In this document: positions 1 through 10,700 of the stretch, piece after piece
Layout: every line of letters starts with the position of its first letter
Position numbering within the stretch: the stretch's first letter is position 1
NCBI GenBank assembly: GCA_016748015.1
Contig: JAAOMT010000494.1
Coordinates: 1,093,534 to 1,111,686 of the forward strand
Direction: 5' to 3'
DNA length: 18,153 bases
Source of the DNA: Geosiphon pyriformis uo1
Taxonomy: Eukaryota; Fungi; Glomeromycota
Notes under the pieces: model-generated
The model's input: the letters and a program-made list of their open reading frames with translations, nothing else
Told to the model about the DNA's origin: nothing
The model's database searches: none
Position numbers and translations under genes: made by a program

Positions 1-326
1 ATTTTTTTTTTTTAAAAAAAAAACCATTGATTAATTACTTCAAAACTTTGGGGCCCATTTTTTTTTTCAAACTACCTTAAGAAAAATCCTTTTTTTTGAA
101 AAATTGAGACTTTTTTCAACAAAAAAAACTTTACAGACTTTTAAAAAAACCCTAAACTATAAACTTTTACAAAAGTTCAAAAAAACAATTTTCTTTTAAC
201 TACATTTTAATTCTTTGACCTCTACAAAAAATTTTATCATTTCTATTACAACAAACATACTTTCTGTGGACTATATAAATCTTTAATATTTATTTTCATC
301 CTTCTCATTTCTTTAAAAACCCAAAA

Positions 327-3113
327 ATGAGGAAAGCAGTAAAGAGTGTCTTTCTCCATCGAGCTCCTTTCTCAACAAAAAAAAATCGTGATTCAAAGGA
401 TCTTACTTTTGAAACAATTCATTTTGAAAAAGGAATCTCGAATAAAGACTTCTTTCCAAGTTCTAGTAGCAGTGAAGTTGACTACGAGGATGATTATCAA
501 TTATCTTTACGACCACCATCGCCTTACGATTCAAGAACAGTTCACAGTAAAAGGTCAAGTAGCTCTTCCTCATCTAGTTCCTTATTAGCAAATTTAACAA
601 ATGCAATAAAGATGTCAAAAAATACAAAGAAAGAAGAAAATGGTCAATACACATACACTGGTAGTCTTAATAATTCCCCTCCAACCCCGAACTCAAGCTA
701 TTCTCCAACATTGGTCGGGACTCCACCCATATCAACCAAAGAAACTTCATCCACCTCCTCTCGTCTAACAATTCTTACTGATTCTATCCCTTCAACTCCT
801 GTATTATCACCTTCAACACCAGTAACTCCTACAACCCCAATACTTGCTTTTAATCAATGCACCTTCAAATCACCTGTCCTTACATCATCAACGAAAACAC
901 AAAATTTGGAAAATTCCCTTAAAAAAAATCATCTCAAACATGTAATACCATCATTACCCCTAACATCAAATCCTCCACCATTACCACATTTTGCCGGAAC
1001 TGAGCCTGTCGATTTACATTTCATTATCAAAGATCGACTATTCAAGATTCCTGATTGTACAGCAAGAACACTCTACTTTCTATGTGCATGGATAAGGGAT
1101 ATTGTGGAACCGGAATTAGAAATCAAGATAAATCCACTACTTTTAGAATTAAATATTCCTCGCGCAAATTTAATACAACTTACTATTACCAATACATTCC
1201 TGAGTGAGGAGGGTGGCATGAAAAATATTGTGACCAAATACGGGATAACCAGTCAAAATCCTTTGAAAGTTGAATTATTGGGTGATATGGAACGCTCTTT
1301 TTGTAAGTTAAAATGCTTTCAATCTCAATTTTAGAAATTTGACGTATTACAAGATTTTTTCGGGATTTTCGGGAAATACATTCCTATTTTTAATTTTTAA
1401 TTTTCTCACAGCTAATTTTATCATTTTGATTTTTTATTATTAGCCCATTCCTCGGAAGAAGATTGGCCACATCTGATGGAATGCGAAGGGATGATCACAA
1501 TCACACCTCAACTCCCCGATTTTGTAGTCGATCTTTTCAATTGTCTATCATATAAGTTCGAAGGAAATAAGAAAGAAATGACCCCGTTAAATATGAGCGA
1601 GGAAGAATATAGCGAAGAAGAGAGTGATCCCGAAATTTTTACCAGTGTTCTAGACAAATTAGCGAGACGACTTGGTGGTAATAATTTAGCCGTCTGTAAT
1701 AAGAAGGATGGGCTTATTTCCGTATGTGCTATTTCTAATTTGGTAAAATGTTTATACATTTGAAATTGTCAAAAACTCTAGTTTTTTGTTTTAATTTACA
1801 GTCCTTTGGTGCCAAATTTAATTTCATTCTTGCTGAACTGCATGAGCTTACTGGAACAATGGTAAATTTTTAATGAAAAAAGGTTAATTTTAGTTGTTGT
1901 ATCGAAAATTTCTTTGAATTTCTCACAAAAAATTGACTTTTAGCCACCAGCTGATTGTTGTCCTTGGGCGTTAAGACAGGGAAATTCTGTCACGATAATT
2001 GAAAAACCATCTGGTCAAACAGCACCACCAGCAATAATGCAATGGCTACAATACACAATTGATTTCCTTTGTCTTTTATGGGATGCTGAACGTGGTACAT
2101 TATTTAATCCTCGAACCTCTCGTCCTTATGGCTCACTTCAGCCTGAATTGTCGGCTCTACAACTTGAGGGTTCTTTTGAACATACGATTAAAGTTCCCCG
2201 GGATTTCTTACAGGGTTCCTTCATGGGTTCAATGCTATTCAAACAACAACAAGATAATGGAACAGCTATTATAACACGTCGTGATGTTCCATTATTGACA
2301 AGTTTTCGACCCGAGAAAATATTTCCTCGTATATATTCTGCGCAGGATTTATTACTTCAAGACGCGGATTTGGATGACCTTAAATCTTCTGATGAGTTGA
2401 CACAATTCATCCCTGTATTTAAAAGCCATTGGGTTGTAGAATTACAGTCGCCAAAATTACATATGGTTCGTCTGGGCAATTTGTATAAACACTGTGATGA
2501 TTGTAGTAACTATGAAGGGCATACGACTTCGACAGCCGATGTCCGAGCCTTAGTTAAGCATCGAACTGCGTTCGGTGGTCCATACGGTGCCGTAATTAAA
2601 CGACATGGAGAATCAGATGCGGATCGAACAGAGCTAGCGTTTAACCCCTTGAATAATTGTATACACGATGATGATCCATATGTACCATTGAATAACTTTA
2701 AGGATGACGGCTATATAGTTTTTGGGATTGGTGGTCCTTCTTCTCGTGATGGAGGCAAGGTACCCTCCTTGAAAGATCTATGTCGAAGAGTTTTGATCAC
2801 GCAAGGAAAACTTGTAGAAACTGTGCCTGCTCCTGTTGTCAAGGTAAAAGTCAAAAAAAATTTAGGGAAGTTGTCAATCCAAAATCTTATTGTCTTGAAT
2901 TTTCTTATTTCTTAATAGTGCAAGGAAAGGCTATGTTCAGGCTGTCAAAAATGGTTTTTCAACCCTGCTGAAACTATCATACTCTGGATGGCAGCTCAAG
3001 ATTTTTACTGTGGTATGCTTGTAATTGGGCATTATTGTAAATACCAATGTGTACCTTCTCAAGTTCGTGAAAACATCAAAAATGGAAATTGTGCTTGGGA
3101 ACGAGGAACTTAA
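327..3113 (+). CDS. Multi-exon hypothetical protein (802 aa): S/T/P-rich disordered N-terminus, globular core of unknown function, C-terminal BC-box-like motif and Cys-rich putative Zn-binding domain
   Basis: Exons 327-1302, 1444-1721, 1802-1861, 1944-2843 and 2919-3113. Donors are GTAAGT, GTATGT, GTAAAT and GTAAAA; acceptors are TAG, CAG, TAG and TAG. All phases join into one stop-free 2409-nt frame ending ...CAWERGT* (TAA 3111-3113). The model links ORF-track entries 327-1334, 1476-1763 and 2037-2915. Confidence 0.85.
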
Positions 3114-3538
3114 TTTAAGTTTGTTGTATTTTGGTGTCTTAATTTAGTATTTAGACTGTCTTTAAAAAAAAGGATTGTTCAAGATGATGGCGCTGTTCCT
3201 CGTCTTTTCTATAATTGTACAAAATTTGTATACATATCACAGCTATAATATCGCTTTATAATATTTTTGGGGTAAGTATATTATTTTTAATTCTAAATAA
3301 TCTTTAAAAGTTCTCAGTTCTCGTTGGAAAAGAGCAAAAAAACGAGACTTTTCATTTTTGTATTTTTAGTTAATTATTTAATTATTTTAGTCTTTGTTCA
3401 AATATTAACATTATTATAAGTTATTATTCGTATTATATTTAATAATAATTATTGCTCGATGTAGGAGCAAATAAAATTCATGAAACTCACGGAAAACCAA
3501 CTTTAAACGTGTTTCTTTCAATATCCCTTTTGATAAGA

Positions 3539-3608
3539 GATTGACTGACTGACTGACTGACTGACTGACTCACTGACTGACTGACTCACTGACTGATTGA
3601 TTGATTGA
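3539..3608. repeat. (TGAC)n tetranucleotide microsatellite with TCAC and TGAT variant units
   Basis: Direct reading: gattgactgactgactgact...cactgactgactgactcactgactgattgattgattga. Confidence 0.95.
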
Positions 3609-5280
3609 ACAGAATCAATTTTTTCTTTATAGCATTAAAAAACCTAAATTCGTCTAATTATTAATGTGTTTCTCTAGCTCCGTCACCAAAAAGATGAAAG
3701 ATCAAAATTGTCTTGCGGCTAACTATTGCACAACCTGAAAAAGGGTTTTAAGGTTTCTAAAATAATTTTACAGTTTTGGATTATTTGGGCCGATGAACCT
3801 AACGGGTTATTACCATATGCAACATTGTAAATACTTTTTTCTATGATCATTGAAAATGAAAATCACAATCTCAAAAAAAATTTCAGCCGTAAAAGAATCA
3901 ACGATTTGCACTGCTTCGAATTACTTTAAATATTTCATATTTTCTAAAATAAATGATTATGGGCTTTTTAATAAAATAACGCTTTCAAATCCTATTTAGT
4001 ATGTAACCGGTAAATCAGCTAGATTGATGAAAATATTTTTCATGTATAAGTTTACTACATCAAATGCTGCTAATCAATTTCCCTGGCTAATGCATTATAC
4101 TTTCAAGAGACATACGCGAGCGAGCTGTGAGACTTATGAATGCTGGCGCTTTCAGATTTCAACCAAGTTTAGAGCAGGTAAATCGACATTGGAAATGAAG
4201 AGACTTTTATTTTATTTTATTTAAACGTAAAAACTTTCTCGGAACTTTTTTTTTTATGTTTTACAAATGAAAAATCTAGATTCCTCATTGGTATCATTTA
4301 TGGGAAATGACACAAACATAAGAAAGTTAATACATGTAATCAGCATAAAAAAACTATTTGCGAAATTGATTGATGCATCTTTAATGTGTAAGTTTAATGA
4401 GTAACCATTAGTCGAATATTCTTTTATGCGTAGCATTTTTGAAGACTTAACACAGCTTTGAACATCCTTAGTTATTATCATTAAAATTTTGAAAAGATTA
4501 AAGAATCGAAATACTTTTTTTGATGAGATAATCATCATATTTATAAGTATTTAGTTTAAGGCTCGAAATCTTTTAGCTTTTGAAACCAATCGATGAAATT
4601 TTTTCATTTGACAATTATATTGCAAGTTTGAAATGTCCAAAAAATTTTCTGGTACCATTTTTTTTTTAGAGAATTATCTTTGATCTGTTTTATTATAATA
4701 ACAGTTTTATAAATTTATATTTTCGATTAAAACAGCATAATTAAGCACTGAAATTAGCATAGATTTTATTTTAATATGATCTAATATTTCATCACCTCAT
4801 GACTCTTTGGATAATACATTTTTTTTAAGTGGGGCTCTCGGGAAAATTAAATGTAAAATATTTTTTTGAACCTAAATTGAGTTCATAGTTTTTTTTTGTG
4901 TTGCCCAAAAAAAAAAAAAAGGTAAATTTTAAAATTAGTGGAAATCTTGAGTAATATATTAATAATATTTTTGAATTTTATTTTTAGTTCTTTCATAAAT
5001 TTCCTCATTTGTTAAGTCTAACTATTAAATGGTTTTATTGATATGCTGTATAACTTTTTTTTTTTTCAATTAAATTAGCATAAAAATTTACAAATTTAAA
5101 TTATAACAATATTTAAAATATCCTCTAAAAAAAAATATTTTAAATACTGGTATCATTTCTGAATTTAAAGTTATGATGTGAGATTATAACTGATTATAGA
5201 AAATATGATTAAAATATATTTTTTTTAAACTCTATCGTTTTATGTTAAAATTTATAAAGGGAATACTATGTTATTATAAA

Positions 5281-5404
5281 TATATATATATATATATTTT
5301 AAATCTAGAAGTTATCTTTATAATTTTATTATTATCAAAAATATCTATTGCAATTATGTTATGTTTATTTTATTTATTTATTTATTTTATTTCATTTATT
5401 TATT
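5281..5404. repeat. (TA)n and (TTTA)n low-complexity tracts
   Basis: tatatatatatatatat at 5281-5297; tttatttatttatttatttatt from about 5364. Confidence 0.8.
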
Positions 5405-5585
5405 TTTTACAAAAAAAAAAAACTTTATTCATTTTTTTAAATGAAATTCTAAAGTAATAATAAATTTTTATATAGAAATTTAAAACTTGAATCAGCCAAA
5501 AGCTTGTAATAAGAAATATATAAAACTAATTGAAAATGATCTTTAATTTTATATAATTTTGCTTTTAATTGTAAGTAGTCTTTTT

Positions 5586-5629
5586 TTGTTGTTGTTATTG
5601 TTATTGTTGTTGTTGTTGTTGTTGTTGTT
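5586..5629. repeat. (TTG)n microsatellite with TTA interruptions
   Basis: ttgttgttgttattgttattgttgttgttgttgttgttgttgtt. Confidence 0.95.
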
Positions 5630-6086
5630 TATGAGAAAGCCTTTTAACCAAGTAAGATTTGTTATTACTTTTTTTATTAATTGGCTATGGAATTTTTCGG
5701 TGTGATACTAAACTAATGAATGAGATGAAGTGGCGTTTAAAATCATCAGATTGTCAAACATCTGATACGATCACTTTGTGTTTCAAGAACAATTGTACAT
5801 TCCGGGCAAACCTTAAACATTGATGATAATAAATAGTTTCAAAACCAGTAAAACTTGATATAAAGAACTGTGAAACGTTCGACTGACAGTCTAGAAACCA
5901 ATGTAAAAGATTTTACGAAATTTCCGTTTTTGATTATTGAAAATGAAAATTTGATTGGATTATTTAAAGCCTGACTCAAAGAAAAATATTTTGATTTTTT
6001 TAAAAAAAAAAAATCACGAAACCACAAAACCACAAAACCATGTGCTGATTCAACATCTTATTAATAATTTTTCACTTTATACAAAC

Positions 6087-6122
<36 letters not shown>

Positions 6123-6207
6123 AAAAGAACCTTCCGTGACTCTTGATGGAAATTCCAGGATTCAAAAATTAATTATCTCTAGAGAGTTGAAAAAAGTTAC
6201 ATAATTT

Positions 6208-6389
6208 TGAAGTGTGAAGTGTGAAGCGTGAAGTGTGAAGCGTGAAGTGTGAAGCGTGAAGTGTGAAGCGTGAAGTGTGAAGCGTGAAGTGTGAAGCGTG
6301 AAGTGTGAAGCGTGAAGTGTGAAGCGTGAAGTGTGAAGCGTGAAGTGTGAAGCGTGAAGCGTGAAGCGTGAAACGTGAAACGTGAAACA
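6208..6389. repeat. 7-bp minisatellite (TGAAGYG), 26 units, alternating TGAAGTG/TGAAGCG as a 14-bp higher-order unit and ending in TGAAACG/TGAAACA
   Basis: Direct reading in a 7-bp register from 6208 to 6389. Confidence 0.97.
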
Positions 6390-6856
6390 TGAACTTTGGG
6401 AACCCTTTAAGTGTCAAGTGATTTTAATATATTTCAAATACTCAAAATTTTGTTACACTGCACTATTGAAGTATCAGACTACATAAGTTTTATCTAATTT
6501 AATACTAAATAAACTTTCATTTGATTTTTTTTTCGCTGAATCAAAAAGTATTTGAAATTTCAAACTTCAAAAAAAAAACATATTTTTAACAAATTGAAAA
6601 TTATAAATATTTATTTGATTAACCTTTTCTACCTAAAAATAAATAACTTTTTACTTTATTTTTGGGCTATGTCTGAGAGTTAAACGTTTAAAAGGGAATC
6701 AATAAAATTTGTATAAACTTTAAATATAATAGACACGGAATTTTCAAAATAATTTTATTTGCACGCCAAAATTATAAAACGAAATTCATTGAAATGACAT
6801 GAAACTATTGAAATTTGTAAAACAATGATTTACCGGGGGTTTTTTAATAGTAAAAT

Positions 6857-7200
6857 TTGAATCCTGAACAAGAATAGGATCGCTTCAACATCTAAATACA
6901 GAATGGGTCAGATTAAAAATACTTTTAATAAAGATTATTGTCATATGAAATTAAAAAGTTTGATACATATAAACTTTACATTATACACGATAATCTTTTA
7001 GATGGAAATCCTTAATATTTTCGCAAATTTGCTGATACTATTACTGCAAAGGATAGAGGTGGTGCACTTCACTCATGGTTAAAATGAGAAATAAATAAAT
7101 TCAAAAATCACCCTTGTGAATCTATTTGATAAAACTTGGTGGTAAGCGTTTCATTCAATGTGGATTCTCTCCATTGACCATTTATTATTGTCATAATTGA
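6857..7200 (+). pseudogene. Decayed coding relic of unknown family with a Cys/His-rich end
   Basis: One frame reads LNPEQE*DRFNI*IQNGSD*KYF**RLLSYEIKKFDTYKLYIIHDNLLDGNP*YFRKFADTITAKDRGGALHSWLK*EINKFKNHPCE. After a frameshift near 7121 it continues YLIKLGGKRFIQCGFSPLTIYYCHN*. The stops are compatible with single C>T or G>A changes from CAA, TGG or CGA. Confidence 0.55.
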
Positions 7201-7729
7201 GTTTATCTATGAAAAGAAGGTTAATAAAAAAATTAGACATTCGTGGAGTCAAATTCAAGATTTTTATTTTATATTCGGAACTTGGAATCTACAAAGGGAA
7301 AAAAATTTCAAAACCTCTTTCTACAATTTAAATAAGAATCAGTTCTGTATTTCTGTATCTTTACTTTTTTCAAAAAAAAATCTTTTTCTTGCACGTTTTG
7401 GTTTATAAGGAAGCTTCAACCAATTAAAAATTTTCCAATAAATTAAAAGTCACTCAACTATAAAAATTTAGGTTTTGATCGTGATAGCAATCCATCTTAA
7501 ACACCACTACAAATATTTCAAAAATAGGGTGCTTGATTCAATAATTATAAACTAATTTAAGCGGTTGTATATCAGTTCGCGACTAATATCAACTCAGTTC
7601 AAATTGGCAAAATTAGAAGTCGAAAAATTGGTTAAACGAAGTCAATATTAATTAAACTTCCCAGAGAATTATTTTTTTTATGTGAGGAGATTAAGCGAAA
7701 GCCAACTTAATATATTCAGTCAGAAAATA

Positions 7730-10700
7730 TTACATGAAATACATAATCTAGAAATAGAAAATCAATCAATCAAGAGGAAATGTCTCATGTGGGGCAAAAA
7801 CTACTTACCTTTTGAAGCTCTGATTTCACCGTGGCAAATGAATCAACCGTAATTTTCCCTTCTTCTGTTTCAAAATCAGACCAACTTTCCCCACGAACAT
7901 GAAAGCGAGCTCGCGCACAGACCAAATGTGCGTAGTATGCTGGAGGTACCTAGGTTGGAAAAATAATTGATAAATTATTTGTCAAAAGCCATCTTTATTA
8001 CACATAAATTACCATGGATACTGCACGAGTGCATCTGGCGTACAAATAACATAAGTTATAAGAAAGTGATTGAAGGCTACATATGAAAATATTAATAATG
8101 TTAAAGAAATAATTTGCATGAAAAAGCAATTTCATTCGAGGCTTAGAATAATACTCGTCAGCGGTAAAGTCATTCTCATCTAGCAAAACATGATAGTGAC
8201 AAGGGCGAGAGGTTCCTTGTAAACCGGGGTGACTTTGGAGATCTAAATAATATCCAAACATCAAGATAACATTCGATCCTGGCATGGTAATTCGAACACA
8301 ATAAAAAGCCCCATTTACTTACAAAAATCAAATTCTACTGGGTGCGTTATAAGTTTTTCCACAACGGTACCGGGATAGCAATTTCCAGAACGATCTGATT
8401 CTCTTTTATCCATAGTAAAGAAGCGTCCATGATGCCTCTTTTTTACGACAACGAATGTGATGGTGGGTTTATATGATGGGTCAAGCGATTGACAAGCGGC
8501 TGTATAAAAGGCGTTAAATTGGCATATTGTCAAATCAAACATGAAAGTGATTAACTTACCTCGAATAGCCGTAAGCTCCGTACTCAGAACAGTCGCAAAA
8601 TAACCTTCTGGGACTCCATCCCGATAAAGTAGAATGCGTTCAGGCTTCCTACCACATGTCTGGTAAAATGTTTTCAGCAAATCTTTAACCATATCAGCCA
8701 TGTCATTTATAATTTCTTGACGACCTGCTTGAACGCGAATTGTTGTCGAGTATCTTGAAGCCTTTGCATCTATAGAGCCACAAAGTGCAGCTATGGATGG
8801 ACGCGTTTCATCTCCTGCGAAAACAAAATTTCATTTTATCTTGAACAAAGCAAAAAAGTATAATTCGACATGAAACTTTAAAAACCTGGCGGTGGGTGTG
8901 AGACATCGGCTCCGATTAAAATTGTAGGTCGTTCAGAAACAAATTGGATCTCACTGGGTGTAAGAAAAGAATTCATCCCTCCAAGCTTGACGTTAACTTT
9001 AAGACAAATATTAGCACAGTACTGTTTTCTTGCTGCAACTGTATGTTTTCCTTGACAGCATTGTGTTGCAACTCCGATCACGGTGTCTCCCACTCTCTTA
9101 ATTTCAGCATACAAGGGAACACCAGTGTTCGGAAGGATTATTAGAACCAATTGAGGTTGAGCTTTTGCTGAATTTCCTGCACGAATCCAAGCCTGCCTTA
9201 ATGTACTTTCAATGTCACCAACTGGATTCCCATACATTAGAGGAGGCAGTTTATTTGGCACATTCTAGAAAAAAAAATTATCAAGAATTTTTCTGACATG
9301 AAAATTTTCCAGAGAAAAAAGTCTCAAGTACCATTCCGGTATCTGTACAAGTAACAATAAGCTCTCTGACAAAGTTTCGTACAGCTTGGAGAGGATGATC
9401 TTTTTCGCTCCCAAATACTACGACCGACCATGAGCCAAGACTTGCTCCTATAGCCACCTTTTTGCCTCGAAGATTCCAAACTCCCTCACGAGGCTGAACG
9501 ACTGATTCCTGAGAGGAAGGATGAAAGTGGAGCGTGGGAGGCGGAAGAATTCTAGCTGGAATCTTGTGTTGAAATTTGTAAAATTGTTGAGATTAAGAAT
9601 GAATAAAACATTTTACAATCTCTGTGATCTAATATTAAGAATTACTTACTGTTACCATTTCGTTCGAAACTTTCATTTCGAATTTCTTGATATATTCATT
9701 ATTGTTATAACTCACGAGTGTCGCACCCTCTTGAATTTTATTACCACGGACATACGGCGGTAGACAAGTAAACTTGATCATATCTGCGGTTTGTTTCTGA
9801 TTGAGTTTTCGAATATACCTTTGACCCTAAAAAAATTTTGGTTTTTGTTAAGGATAATAATGTATATTTCAAAAATTTTATGTAGAAATCACATAAGATG
9901 CATACCTCAATCACTTCGCAAACTTCTACTGGCAAAAAAGTGTTTCTTTGTACGACAACGCAAGGCAGGTAAGGATAGTTTAAGCGAATATTATATTGTT
10001 TATAGAAATATGTAACCACATCAATTTCCCCATTATCACCAGCATCAAATGTCATTTCATTTGCCGGGCGTTCCGTGAATTTTCTGATTCGAAATCGAAG
10101 TTTGGATGCAGGGATACCACGATGCATTGCTCTAATCTTTAGATTTTTGAAAAGTTTCTCGAGTTTAAGACGGTCCTTATCGGCTATACCACGACGGAAT
10201 TCATCAGGTCTTCTTTTCCCTAGCTGTTTGCATATCAGTTGTATCAGAGAACCTCCTTCGTAAAATGCGGTCGCACTAAGATCAAGGTTTATCCACATTT
10301 TTCCTGAAATTCAAAAAAATGGTCAAAAATGGAAATTTTAATTAAAATTTAAATAATAATAAAATTCATTTTACCTTGACCTGGACGGACTGATTGATAG
10401 TAGCCTTGCCAAGCTTCAATCCCTCCGTATAATACTTGTGATCCTTGAGGGTTATAGAAAGAACGACCAACAGCTGTGAATTTCATCGATGGCTGATGTC
10501 GTACCAACACGTCAAGAGCCATCATACCTAATCAAAAGTCAGAGAGATTTAATCTTTTATCAACTCTGGTTTTTTTTATTGAAAACAAAATTTTTGGTTT
10601 AATACCAGTTAAGCAATTTGGTGTTAAGGAAGTTTCGGCGTTTAAGAATTGAAAGAGTTCCTCCATAACTATTTCTCCGACCTTCTTGATTCTTAGTCTA

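Noticed and set aside
346-588. Alternative-frame and antisense ORFs over gene 1 (346-588, 1508-1759, 2059-2274, 2780-2971)
   Set aside because: They overlap a coherent spliced CDS and have no recognisable motifs.
4024-4538. Short ORFs 4024-4224 (+) and 4254-4538 (-)
   Set aside because: No motif or splice partner, and F/I/K/N-rich composition typical of AT-rich chance ORFs. A very old relic cannot be excluded.
5242-6146. ORFs 5242-5457, 5839-6033 and 5955-6146
   Set aside because: They derive from low-complexity and homopolymer tracts, including the poly-T at about 6088-6117.
6169-6417. 82-aa repeat ORF (FTLHTSR/HASH) and a CRISPR- or telomere-like reading of the array
   Set aside because: The ORF is just the stop-free translation of the minisatellite. 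There are no spacers or cas genes, the unit is not TTAGGG-like, and the array is internal.
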